Source: Clostridia bacterium | Lineage (GTDB): Bacteria > Bacillota > Sulfobacillia > JAJZYS01 > JAJYTV01 | Length of the DNA stretch: 64,000 nucleotides | Direction: 5' to 3' | NCBI GenBank assembly: GCA_027420455.1 | Contig: DAIBJA010000078.1 | Span: forward strand, 5,669-69,668 | Shown: positions 18,971 through 27,732 of the stretch, one piece after another | How positions within the stretch are numbered: the first letter of the stretch is position 1 | Layout of the letters: the number at the start of each line of letters is the position of its first letter | Notes under the pieces: model-generated | The model's input: only the letters and a program-made list of their open reading frames with translations | What the model was told of the DNA's origin: nothing | The model's database searches: none | Program-made: the position numbers and the translations under genes

Positions 18971-19444
18971 TTGCCGGAGGAGTTCCATCGCCTGATGGGC
19001 AGCTGGGCGACCGGTGTCACCGTCGTCACATGCCTGGGTCCGCACGGACCGCACGGCATGACGGCGAACGCTTTTCTCTCGGTATCGCTCGAGCCGCCTC
19101 TTGTCCTCGTGTCGATCGGCCAAGAGAACGACTCGCACGCGATCATCAGCGCATCGCAGCGCTTCGCGGTCTCGATCCTCGCCGCGTCGCAGCAGCATCT
19201 CTCGGTTCACTTCGCGCAGCGCTTCAAGGACTCTGGGCAGGCGCTCGCAGCTGTCGCCTGGTCTTTGAGCCCTTCAGGCCTACCGTGGATCGACGGGGCG
19301 GTCGGACACCTCGAGTGTGCCGTGGAAGGGATCTTCACCGCGCAGGACCACACGCTTTTCCTTGGACGAGTCCTGCACCTCGACGGTCCAACCGACGCAT
19401 CGCCGCTTGTCTACTTCCGCTCGCGCTACACGACCACCGGCTGA
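18971..19444 (+). CDS. flavin reductase family protein
   Basis: Reads FHRLMGSWATGVTVVTCLGPHGPHGMTANAFLSVSLEPPLVLVSI. The listed start codon is TTG. Confidence 0.8.
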   Translation: MPEEFHRLMGSWATGVTVVTCLGPHGPHGMTANAFLSVSLEPPLVLVSIGQENDSHAIISASQRFAVSILAASQQHLSVHFAQRFKDSGQALAAVAWSLSPSGLPWIDGAVGHLECAVEGIFTAQDHTLFLGRVLHLDGPTDASPLVYFRSRYTTTG

Positions 19445-19509
19445 CCATTGGCTGTGCCGGTGGTGTCCAGAACGTAGTGGACTTCGAGACGCCCGATTTC
19501 GCGGATTAT

Positions 19510-19860
19510 CTAGCTCGCACGGGCTGTAGCTTCGTCGAGGCGGGCACCACCGGCGGCCCGGCGCAGCGCCTGGTCGCCGATGGTGAAGCGCGAGACGCGG
19601 CGGACGGTGGCGCGCAGTTGCGAGCTCAGAGCCTCGATCGCGTCGGTGGTGCGCAGGCCACGGCGTAGCTGGGCAGGAAGGCCCAGCTTTAGCACGGCGA
19701 GGGTCTGCTCGAGCCCCTCGCGCAGGCTGCCGGCGGCGCCGGGGTACTTGACGTCCACCTCCTTGGCGAGCGCCTCGCGGTCAACTCCTTTCTCGTGCAC
19801 CCCGAGTCTGACAATCCCGGGGAGGAGGGCGCCACCCGCATTCCCCACTGAAATTCGGAA
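19510..19860 (-). pseudogene. IS256-family (mutator-type) transposase remnant
   Basis: KYPGAAGSLREGLEQTLAVLKLGLPAQLRRGLRTTDAIEALSSQLRATVRRVSRF matches the C-terminal IS256 signature (KYP...L..F..P......TTN.IE.LN..IRRR). The catalytic core is missing. Confidence 0.7.
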
Positions 19861-19953
19861 CCTACCCGGGGCGTGTCTGGTCCCGTGCACGACCGTGCCG
19901 CCTGCCGTTGCGGCAGGCGGCACTTGCCCGACAAGGTGCAGGACCTTACCTGA

Positions 19954-20229
19954 TCAACCGCCTGAGATGGCGCGCAGAAGCCAGACCTCGTCGCCGTCCT
20001 TCAGCTGGGTTGTCCAGAGCTTATGACGCTCGACCTTGGTCTCACCAACGAACAGGTTGAGATGGGGCCTGATCTGGCCGTCCGCCTCCACGATCCTGGG
20101 CAGGAGGGAAGGGCTCGAGACGGCGACGTCCTGCAACAGCTCCCCTAGACTCTGGCGGGCAGGCTGCCGGGTGTGCGGGGCCATGCCCACCTCCCGCGCC
20201 AGATCATCCGGCAGATGCAGGGTGATCAT
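19954..20229 (-). CDS. MoaD/ThiS-family ubiquitin-like small protein (C-terminal GG)
   Basis: 91 aa ending ...DGDEVWLLRAISGG, a beta-grasp-like pattern. Confidence 0.65.
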   Translation of the reverse strand: MITLHLPDDLAREVGMAPHTRQPARQSLGELLQDVAVSSPSLLPRIVEADGQIRPHLNLFVGETKVERHKLWTTQLKDGDEVWLLRAISGG

Positions 20230-21293
20230 CGGATGGCGGCGGCTTTCACCGAGAAGACGCGCGGCAGGTGGGCTGCGATCTCCTGCCAGTGGCGTCCCCC
20301 ATCGGCAGAGGCGTAGACGCTGCCCGATGTCGTACCGAAATAGAGGCCCAAAGCATCCTGGCCGTCATCGTCCATGGCATCACGCAGCACAGTGGCGTAA
20401 GAGGTCGGCGGCAGGCCCGCGGCGAGCGGCTGCCACGTGGCGCCAGCGTCCTTCGTGCCCCATACACCGAGTGTTCCTTGCGCCCAGCGCTTCTCGTCGG
20501 ACTGCAGCGGGATGACATAGGCGGCGTCCGGGTCGCCGGGGTGGGCGACGATGGGGAAGCCGAAGTCCCCGGGCAGACTCCTGCCCACCTCGTGCCAGGT
20601 ATCGCCACCGTCGTCCGAGCGGTACACCCCGCCATGGTTCTGCATCCAGAGCCGCGCGGGATCGGCACGGCACACGTCGATCTTGTGCACGCATTGCCCC
20701 GCCTCGGGATAGCGCTGCCCCTCTGGCAGGAAACGCGCCTCGATCCCCGCGTTGATCGGCAGGAAACTCTCGCCGGCATCCTTCGTCCGGTAGGCGCCGC
20801 CGGCCGAGCATGCCGTATAGATGGTGCCGTCATCTGCCGCCAGCACCGTGTGCAGGCACTTGCCGCCGTTGCCTGGGCCCCAAAGCTCGTGCGTCGGGTG
20901 GCGCCGCAGGGAGGCCACCTCGCTCCAACTGTCGCCCCCATCGACCGACCGGAAGAGGCCGCTCGCCTCCACACCTGCATAGAGCGTGCCGGGCTCATCG
21001 TCTCCCGCCGGCGTGATCGCCCAGATGCGCGTGACCTTCTCCTCGTCGTCGCTCCCGTAGGAGGGGACGATCCCCGCGTCCCACGTCCGGCCGAAGTCCC
21101 GTGAGCGGCGTATCGACGGCCCGTAGAATTCCGAGTTGACGCCCGCGAACAATACGCCGCTGCGCGGATCCAGCACCGCGGTGTAGCAGGGTGTCTGCGC
21201 GAAGTCCGGACCTTCGACGCTCCAAACGCGGCGATCGTGGGACCTGAAACGGAACAGCCCCTTCGCTGTCCCGACAAGCAGCATGAACTCCAA
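20226..21293 (-). CDS. BNR/sialidase-like beta-propeller repeat protein
   Basis: Repeated S.D.G.TW motifs: RSRDFGRTWDAG, SVDGGDSWSEV, RTKDAGESF, RSDDGGDTWHEV, TKDAGATWQPL, ASADGGRHWQEI. Confidence 0.75.
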   Translation of the reverse strand: MEFMLLVGTAKGLFRFRSHDRRVWSVEGPDFAQTPCYTAVLDPRSGVLFAGVNSEFYGPSIRRSRDFGRTWDAGIVPSYGSDDEEKVTRIWAITPAGDDEPGTLYAGVEASGLFRSVDGGDSWSEVASLRRHPTHELWGPGNGGKCLHTVLAADDGTIYTACSAGGAYRTKDAGESFLPINAGIEARFLPEGQRYPEAGQCVHKIDVCRADPARLWMQNHGGVYRSDDGGDTWHEVGRSLPGDFGFPIVAHPGDPDAAYVIPLQSDEKRWAQGTLGVWGTKDAGATWQPLAAGLPPTSYATVLRDAMDDDGQDALGLYFGTTSGSVYASADGGRHWQEIAAHLPRVFSVKAAAIR

Positions 21294-21384
21294 CGTGTAC
21301 TCCCCCTTTGACTGCCCTGATCAGGGCAACCGACACGTTGGCGGTTTCATACGACAGACGCGAAGGGCACTCCTGCGTTCCTGA

Positions 21385-22521
21385 TCACTGCGCGATGCGG
21401 ACCTGCTGAGGCAGGAGGAGGGACCCGAGAAATCCCGCGATGCCGAAGATCCAGAGCAGCCCCAGCACTTCCCGCACGCCGACCGCATCCGCCATCTGCC
21501 CCAACCAGAGCATCACGACACCGCCCAAGCCGATCGCGAGGCCGATCGTCAAGGATGATGCCACGGCCTGCCGGCCCGGCAGCAGTTCCTGCGCCAGCAC
21601 GACCGTAGTGCTGAAGGTGGCGACAATGGCAAAGCCCAGTACTCCAAGATCCACGAACTGCCAGAGTCCGCCAAGACGCGGCAGGAGATAGAGGAGCGGC
21701 GTCGTGGCCACCCAGCTCCAGAGCATGAGGCTGCGCCGTCCGAAGCGGTCGGAGATCGGCCCACCGACCAGTGTGCCGAAGGCGCCCATGATGAGGAAGA
21801 AGAAGAGAACGGCTCCCGACAGGCTCGGTGACAGCACGTGCAGATGGGAGAGGTAGAGCGGGAAGAAGGTGAGCACGCCATACTGCGCAACACTGCGTAG
21901 GACGACGACCAGCACGAGGATCGAGAGAAGGAGCCACGGCACCGGCGCCGTCTTCATCTCGTGCACGGGTCGGGCCGCGACCTGACGTGGGGCGAAGAAG
22001 CGCAGGACGATCAGGGCCAAGGCGCCGGGGATGAGAAACCAGATCACGCCCGAGAGCCCGAAGGCGTGGGTGGTGAGCCCCGCCAGAAGCGGACCAAAGG
22101 CGAAGCCGATGTTCCCCCCGACGGAAAAGATGCTCATACCGGATGCGCGTTTCGCTCCGGCGGCGAAGTAGGCCGCAGACGCACCCACCGGATGGAAGGC
22201 GGCCACGCCGATGCCGGTGACCGCGACCAGCGCGATGAACGCGGTATAGCCACCCGCCAGCGCATAAGCGGCTGTTCCGATCGCGGCCAGCGCGAGCGCC
22301 AGCGGCATCAGCCAGGGCATCGGACGCTTGTCCGCAAGCAGGCCGAAAAGAGGCTGGATCACGGACGACGTCAAGCTCGAGACCAGGATGACGAGCGCCG
22401 CGCTGCTGTAGTCAAGGGAGAAGAGCGCCGTGGCCAGCGGCAGAAGTGCCGGGACGGCGCCCGAGTTCAGGTCGGCTGTGAAGTGCGCGAAGCTGAGGCT
22501 CAGGAGGGCACGCCGGTTCAT
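21385..22521 (-). CDS. MFS transporter
   Basis: 378 aa with about 12 TM segments. Contains GLLADKR and DRFGRR loop motifs. Confidence 0.8.
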   Translation of the reverse strand: MNRRALLSLSFAHFTADLNSGAVPALLPLATALFSLDYSSAALVILVSSLTSSVIQPLFGLLADKRPMPWLMPLALALAAIGTAAYALAGGYTAFIALVAVTGIGVAAFHPVGASAAYFAAGAKRASGMSIFSVGGNIGFAFGPLLAGLTTHAFGLSGVIWFLIPGALALIVLRFFAPRQVAARPVHEMKTAPVPWLLLSILVLVVVLRSVAQYGVLTFFPLYLSHLHVLSPSLSGAVLFFFLIMGAFGTLVGGPISDRFGRRSLMLWSWVATTPLLYLLPRLGGLWQFVDLGVLGFAIVATFSTTVVLAQELLPGRQAVASSLTIGLAIGLGGVVMLWLGQMADAVGVREVLGLLWIFGIAGFLGSLLLPQQVRIAQ

Positions 22522-23399
22522 CCCGCCGCCGGCACCGCGAGAAGATCGGCGATGGCCGCGTCGATTTCTCCCGCCGCCGTGCCCGAAACGGGCTGGAGCG
22601 GAGGCACCGGATCACCAGCCGCAAACCCAAGGCGCGCGGCGGCGTACTTGAGCCCAGGGATGCCATAGCGCCGCGTCACGAGCGCATTCAGCCGCACGAG
22701 CGACCGCTGCGCCTCGGCTGCGGCACTGATCTCGCCCGCCTCGAAGAGGACTGCGGCGGAGCGCATGCGGTCCGGGACAAGATTCGCAAGGGCTGCAATG
22801 GTGCCCTGGGCGCCGTGCGCCATAGCGGCCAGAAGCGCCCCCCCGGAACCGACGTAGTAGCGGAATCCGTCGGGCCGACTGGCGAGGATCTCGACAAGCA
22901 GTGCGAGGTTCCCTGTGGAGTCCTTCATGCCCACGACGCCCGGAATGGCGGCTATATCGAGGATGTCCTGCAGGTCGAGCATCATGCCGGTGTAGGACGG
23001 GATGTGGTAGAGGTAGGTCGGGCCAATGGCCGAGATGGTCTTGTAATACTCCCGCAGCGCAGCGCCCTTGAGCTGTGGGGTGTAGTAGTGCGGGGTCACG
23101 GCGAGGAGTCCCGTCGCACCGAGCTCCATCGCCCGTTCCGCCAGGGCGACGCTGGACTCCGTCGTCTCGGAGCCCACCTGCACGAACACAGTGCGGCCGG
23201 CTGCACCGGAAAGAACGGTCCGTACCGCCTCGAGCCGCTCCTGCCCCGACAGGTAGATGTACTCGCCTGAGGAGCCGAGGACGAGGAATCCGTCGAGCGC
23301 GGGACCTAGCTTCGCGACGTTCGCCGCCAGGCCATCGAGGTCCAGTCGTCCCTTGGCATCGCGGGGGCTGATCAGAGGCGCCAGGATTTCTGCCGACAT
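22518..23399 (-). CDS. dihydrodipicolinate synthase/N-acetylneuraminate lyase family protein
   Basis: Carries the GSSGEY motif and DapA-like length. GAGGTGA lies 8 nt before ATG 23399. 4-nt overlap with the MFS gene. Confidence 0.75.
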   Translation of the reverse strand: MSAEILAPLISPRDAKGRLDLDGLAANVAKLGPALDGFLVLGSSGEYIYLSGQERLEAVRTVLSGAAGRTVFVQVGSETTESSVALAERAMELGATGLLAVTPHYYTPQLKGAALREYYKTISAIGPTYLYHIPSYTGMMLDLQDILDIAAIPGVVGMKDSTGNLALLVEILASRPDGFRYYVGSGGALLAAMAHGAQGTIAALANLVPDRMRSAAVLFEAGEISAAAEAQRSLVRLNALVTRRYGIPGLKYAAARLGFAAGDPVPPLQPVSGTAAGEIDAAIADLLAVPAAG

Positions 23400-23532
23400 C
23401 GTTCGGATCACCTCGGATGCTCCCATTCTTTCCGGGAAGGGCCCTTACCTGCCATGCCCCAACTTCGCAGCTGGTACCACGTGTCTAGCCTGCCCAACAT
23501 CGTGGCAACGCTTGGGGTGGGAGGCAGGAAAG

Positions 23533-23808
23533 ATGCTCAATCGCAGGTTCGAACAGGATGGCGTCATTGCAGGACATATCGGGCACTACGGCTTTGATGC
23601 TCGCCTGACCCAAGGCCGCGTCAGCTACGGTCTCAACCACCGCACGCTCTACAAGGGAGACGGGCGCATCGCCCAGCTCCGCATCTGGCGCTTCGGCCGC
23701 AGCGGCGAGATTGTCACCCTCGCCCTCTATGATCGGGGCTGGCGCTTTGGCCGCATCGAACATCTCGGAATTGTCCGCCGCCTCGTGCAGGCCCTGGACG
23801 GCCGTTAG
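23533..23808 (+). CDS. hypothetical small protein (91 aa)
   Basis: GGGAGG at 23518-23523 precedes ATG 23533. No family recognised. A strong hairpin follows. Confidence 0.45.
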   Translation: MLNRRFEQDGVIAGHIGHYGFDARLTQGRVSYGLNHRTLYKGDGRIAQLRIWRFGRSGEIVTLALYDRGWRFGRIEHLGIVRRLVQALDGR

Positions 23809-23859
23809 CGCAGGCAGCCCATACCTTGTAGATCAGTTCAAAGAATTTGTGGGAAACTG

Positions 23860-23897
23860 AACAGCGGCACCGCCCTCAATCAGGCGGTGCCGCTGTT
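23860..23897. terminator. bidirectional hairpin between convergent genes
   Basis: AACAGCGGCACCGCC-CTCAATCA-GGCGGTGCCGCTGTT, a perfect 15-bp stem. Confidence 0.7.
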
Positions 23898-23912
23898 GTG
23901 CCAGCGCATTCC

Positions 23913-24533
23913 CTAGGGGCCGTCAAAAGGATGCGTAGACTTCGCGAACTGTACTAGCACCCTCATCGGCACTGCACGCCCCGTCAGCGTCACCAGAACG
24001 GAGCCGGTGTTCGGCTTGCTCGTGATCCACCGTGTCCTACCCTCGACAAATTCGAGGACGTTGTCCCCCAAACTCGCATTCAGCTTCCCCTCTACCACGG
24101 ACAGCCCACCAAGAGACCTAAAGCGCGGATCTACGATGCCCGGTGTGTGCTGGACGGCTTGCCGGATCGGTTCATGCAGCCCCACGGGGTACTCCAACAG
24201 CAGGACCGCCCCGGGACGCAGGTTGCCTTTGGGTAGATGAAACTTGATCTGCGGGTTCACACAACTCAGCGTGAGTAGCCAGAAGGGCAGCGAGCTGACA
24301 TGCGACTGCATCTCGTTAAAGGTAAGCTTCTTCCATTCGGCAGGCTGGTAATCACCGCTGCACGTGTAGTGCGCAACGTTCGGTACCAGTAGTCCCAAGG
24401 ACGCAGGGAACCTGGACATCTTCTTGTGGGTCATAGCGTTGTAGATAGGGGCGCTTTCCTGCCGCGAAGTGTTCACTCCGCAGCCACCCAATACAGTCGC
24501 GAGAATGGCTATGGCGAAGCCAATGCGGTTCAT
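23913..24533 (-). CDS. lipoprotein, function unknown
   Basis: MNRIGFAIAILATVLGGCG carries a lipobox (LGGC). GGAGGA lies 6 nt before ATG 24533. The gene is lower in GC than its surroundings. Confidence 0.6.
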   Translation of the reverse strand: MNRIGFAIAILATVLGGCGVNTSRQESAPIYNAMTHKKMSRFPASLGLLVPNVAHYTCSGDYQPAEWKKLTFNEMQSHVSSLPFWLLTLSCVNPQIKFHLPKGNLRPGAVLLLEYPVGLHEPIRQAVQHTPGIVDPRFRSLGGLSVVEGKLNASLGDNVLEFVEGRTRWITSKPNTGSVLVTLTGRAVPMRVLVQFAKSTHPFDGP

Positions 24534-24937
24534 CTTCATTCCTCCAATCACCAGCATACTCCAGCAGGCTCCCGCTTCAATTCAAAGGAGGATTTCTGCG
24601 GCGGTGAACTGCACGGCCCCTCGGGATGCGGCCGCCGAACAAGGTCCTCGAGACGCCGGACGACGACCCGAAGGCCTGACGCCAGGGCGGAATGTAATGG
24701 CCAACAGACTTTGGGAGGCCCCTCTACACTGCTCGTGGAGCGGATCCTGTAGCGAGGGTTGTCAAACTCCAGCCTGGAGACGCACTCCTTCGCAAGGCGC
24801 TCGCATTTTCCCTACAGGTCCGCCAGAGGCTGGCAGGATTCGGAATTCCGCTGGTGAAAGCTGGCGGTGGCATAGAGGAAGCTGGGCTGGCGAAGCAGAT
24901 GCGTCGGCTGCGGTCCTCGAACTCAGGAGGGGATTGG

Positions 24938-25621
24938 GTGAAAGCTCTGACTGCGGTTGCGCTTACAATGGTAGGAACATCTGTGTTGGTCTTTGGGGCA
25001 GCGGCCCCCGCCTTAGCGCAGTCCGCGAAGTGGCAGACCGTGACTACTCTCTCTGGAGATGCGTCGGGCAGCTCAGCGCCGTTCACCGTTGGCGGATCAT
25101 GGCGCATTGCATGGACTTCGGCGCCTGGCTCGATCGGCAACGCTAACTTTCAAGGCAGCGTCGCAAGGGTCGGCCAAGCGCTGCCGACCGACTTCTTCGG
25201 TAACGTGATCGGGAAAGGGAGCGCTACCAGCTACGAGTTCGGCGCCGGAACCTACTACCTACAGATCAATGCCGACGAGAGATACTCGGTCGCGGTGCAG
25301 ACAAAAGTCGCGAAGCTGCCCAAGCAGCCGGCATATCACTGGAAGACGGTCTATAGCACCAGCGGTGGGTCGATAGGCAACACGGCGCCGTTCACGGTGC
25401 ACAGCCCGTGGCGCATCGTCTGGACGTCGGCACCTGGATCGATAGGTTCGGGCAACTTCCAGATCTCCGTCGAGAAGGGCTCTTCCCCTCTGCCAAGCGA
25501 CATGTTGGCCAACGTCACGGGGACAGACAAAGGGACTGGATACGAGTACATTGCGGGGACATTCCACTTGAGCATCAACGCCGACGAAAACTACACCATC
25601 CAGGTCCAGCAAGGACACTAA
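24938..25621 (+). CDS. secreted protein with two tandem ~95-aa homologous domains, function unknown
   Basis: GGAGGGG precedes GTG 24938. Signal peptide ...AAPALAQS. Repeat 1 reads KWQTVTTLSG..INADERYSVAVQ and repeat 2 reads HWKTVYSTSG..INADENYTIQVQ. Confidence 0.6.
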   Translation: MKALTAVALTMVGTSVLVFGAAAPALAQSAKWQTVTTLSGDASGSSAPFTVGGSWRIAWTSAPGSIGNANFQGSVARVGQALPTDFFGNVIGKGSATSYEFGAGTYYLQINADERYSVAVQTKVAKLPKQPAYHWKTVYSTSGGSIGNTAPFTVHSPWRIVWTSAPGSIGSGNFQISVEKGSSPLPSDMLANVTGTDKGTGYEYIAGTFHLSINADENYTIQVQQGH

Positions 25622-25707
25622 ACAGTCAGCTCGGAGGCGTCCCGCGTGGCATTTGGACTCCTCCTTGTCGCTGCGGTTGCAGGCTGATCCCAAAGGGGCG
25701 TATTGGC

Positions 25708-26037
25708 TTGCTTGTCATCTACCCCGCGCTTGGCCTCCTGGCCGCCCTCTGGCTGCTCCTCTTGAGCCTTCTCCTCGGGTGGCCCGACTTCGTCGGCATG
25801 CTCATGCTTCTCGTGGGGCTTGCCACCTTTGTGCCGAGTCGCACGTTCGCCGTGTGGAAGCGTGCGGGGATGATCGGGACGGCGCGCATCATCCTCGACG
25901 TTGTGGGGCTGGTGTGGGGTGTAGCCTCGAAGATTGTCTATCAGCGGCAGGATGCACCCGCGGTACCATATCGGCGAAGGGGTGATCCGGTTGGCGGCGA
26001 GCATCGACCTAGTGGGAGCTACCAAGGCGGCACTTGA
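25708..26037 (+). CDS. possible small membrane protein
   Basis: Hydrophobic stretch LLVIYPALGLLAALWLLLLSLLLGWPDFVGMLMLLVGLATFV. AAGGGG lies 9 nt before TTG 25708. It overlaps the next ORF in another frame. Confidence 0.3.
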   Translation: MLVIYPALGLLAALWLLLLSLLLGWPDFVGMLMLLVGLATFVPSRTFAVWKRAGMIGTARIILDVVGLVWGVASKIVYQRQDAPAVPYRRRGDPVGGEHRPSGSYQGGT

Positions 26038-26209
26038 GTACCTTCGTTTGGCGAACTATCCGACCTCCTACATGAACCTCCTTGACGCGCACGAGGTGTC
26101 AGGCTCGTGGGTGCTCGTGTTCAACCGTGGGTTTATACCCGGCAAGGTCACGGTGATGGTGGACAAGATGAGCGGTATCGTGACTAACCTACGTGTCGAG
26201 ACGGAATGA
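25934..26209 (+). CDS. possible small protein (up to 91 aa)
   Basis: The C-terminal part (MNLLDAHEVSGSWVLVFNRGFIPGKVTVMVDKMSGIVTNLRVE) looks protein-like. The start is unresolved. Confidence 0.3.
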   Translation: MSISGRMHPRYHIGEGVIRLAASIDLVGATKAALEYLRLANYPTSYMNLLDAHEVSGSWVLVFNRGFIPGKVTVMVDKMSGIVTNLRVETE

Positions 26210-26242
26210 GCGATTGGCTCGACGACTCTGCATGCCTCGGCT

Positions 26243-27526
26243 CTAGGCCACACGGCTACCGGCTGGGCGTGCGCCCAACCTGAAGAGCGGCAACGACCCG
26301 ATCAATATGAGACAACCCAGCACGAAGTAGATGAAGGGCACGGACCATACCACGGCCAGACCCCCTGCTACCGCGGCGCCGAACGGGTTTGCGAGAGTCA
26401 TGAGGGCACCCAGGGTGCCGAACACCCTCCCCATCTTCTCCTGTGGAACAATCCTCTGCATCATCGTCGTCAGGCCCGTATTCATGACACCCATCGCCAT
26501 GCCTGCGACAAGCATGGAGACCATCGTCACCCAGAGCAGCGGGATGCGGGACAGCACCACGACAGCAGCGCCGATCGCAACGATGCCGGCCGGCAGCACC
26601 TCTTCGAGGCGGAAGCGGCGGAGAATGCCGGCGGCAGTCAGCGACCCCGCTATAGCTCCGACAGTGATGGCGGCGCCGAAGAGGGCGTAGTCGAAGGCAG
26701 TTCCGTGCAGCGGGCCCTTCACCCAGGCGGCGGCGAGCACCCCGAGCCCCTGGCCGGCGAAGTTCACGAAGAGCGCTGTAAGCAACAGAGTGCGCAGTAG
26801 CGGGATGGAACGGTAGACGCGGAATCCTTCAACCCACTCGCTGTAGAGTTGCGCGATGCCTCCTCCGGGAGCGCGCCTGGCCGGGACTCGACGCGGCATG
26901 CGGAGGAACAGCAGGCTCACCACGGACACCACAAAGGATCCTGCGTTGAGAAAGAAGAGCAGGATTGGTCCGAGCAGGGACATCACGATGCCACCGCCGA
27001 ACATGCCGATGAGGCCTGCAGAGCTCGATGCCGACGCATTGAGGCCGTTGGCCGCGGCGAGCTGATCCTCGGCGACGATCTGCGGCACCAGAGCCGTCGC
27101 AGCCGGCCCGAAGAAGGTGCCGACCGCCATCAGGAGGAGCACCAGCACCAGGAACAGCCAGAGCGGCAGCACATGCAAAAGAGCGAGTACACCGAGCAGG
27201 CCCGACAGCGCCGCTCGGATCATATCGGAGCGGACCATCGTGAAGCGGTGGTCCATGCGATCGACAAACACGCCCGTCATCAGGCCAAGCACACCGGGCA
27301 AGGCCATGGCGGTACCTACCCAGCCCAGATCTGCGGCCTGGTGCGTCTGGGCCAGCACATACCAGTACACGGCGAGCTCGAAAAGATTGTTGCCTACCTG
27401 CGACACCCACTGGCCACTGAGCAGGATGAGGAGATTGCTGTTGCGCCATAGAGACGGCCGGCGCTCAGCACCTTCTTGATCCGCCACAAGCCTGTTCCTC
27501 CCCGCCCGAGCAAGACCTTGAGGCAT
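26243..27526 (-). CDS. MFS transporter (EntS/MFS_3-like)
   Basis: 427 aa and polytopic. N-terminus reads WRNSNLLILLSGQWVSQVGNNLFELAVYWYVL. Confidence 0.75.
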   Translation of the reverse strand: MPQGLARAGRNRLVADQEGAERRPSLWRNSNLLILLSGQWVSQVGNNLFELAVYWYVLAQTHQAADLGWVGTAMALPGVLGLMTGVFVDRMDHRFTMVRSDMIRAALSGLLGVLALLHVLPLWLFLVLVLLLMAVGTFFGPAATALVPQIVAEDQLAAANGLNASASSSAGLIGMFGGGIVMSLLGPILLFFLNAGSFVVSVVSLLFLRMPRRVPARRAPGGGIAQLYSEWVEGFRVYRSIPLLRTLLLTALFVNFAGQGLGVLAAAWVKGPLHGTAFDYALFGAAITVGAIAGSLTAAGILRRFRLEEVLPAGIVAIGAAVVVLSRIPLLWVTMVSMLVAGMAMGVMNTGLTTMMQRIVPQEKMGRVFGTLGALMTLANPFGAAVAGGLAVVWSVPFIYFVLGCLILIGSLPLFRLGARPAGSRVA

Positions 27527-27686
27527 ACATCAACGGTAGCCGCCATCGGAGTGGCGGCTGCCTTGCAGGAAGCTGAGCGGTTGCTACGCTGATGCCTGAC
27601 GTTTCTGCGCGACCTATTCTCCCCATAGCCTGGTATCTTCCTGCTTGAAACGGCAATCCGGCCAGAGAAGACCGGAAACTCAGGCA

Positions 27687-27725
27687 GCAGGAAAGCGGCC
27701 ACCCGGTAGGTGGCCGCTTTCCTGC
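27687..27725 (-). terminator. terminator hairpin after sucD
   Basis: GCAGGAAAGCGGCCACC-CGGTA-GGTGGCCGCTTTCCTGC, a perfect 17-bp stem with T-rich flanks. Confidence 0.75.
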
Positions 27726-27732
27726 TTCTTTG

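Noticed and set aside
24534-24937. 404-nt divergent intergenic region searched for a small ORF or riboswitch (e.g. AAAGGAGGA at ~24575 followed by GTG).
   Set aside because: The downstream frame translates to Arg/Gly/Pro-rich non-protein-like sequence, and I saw no conserved RNA motif.
25408-25707. N-terminal part of the listed ORF 25408..26037.
   Set aside because: It overlaps the 3' end of the well-supported secreted-protein gene in another frame. Only the hydrophobic C-terminal part after 25708 is considered, and that at low confidence.
27527-27686. Hairpin AGCCGCCA-TCGGAG-TGGCGGCT (about 27537-27558) in the MFS gene leader as a possible riboswitch or attenuator.
   Set aside because: It is a short isolated stem with no recognisable conserved RNA family and no alternative pairing that I could trace.
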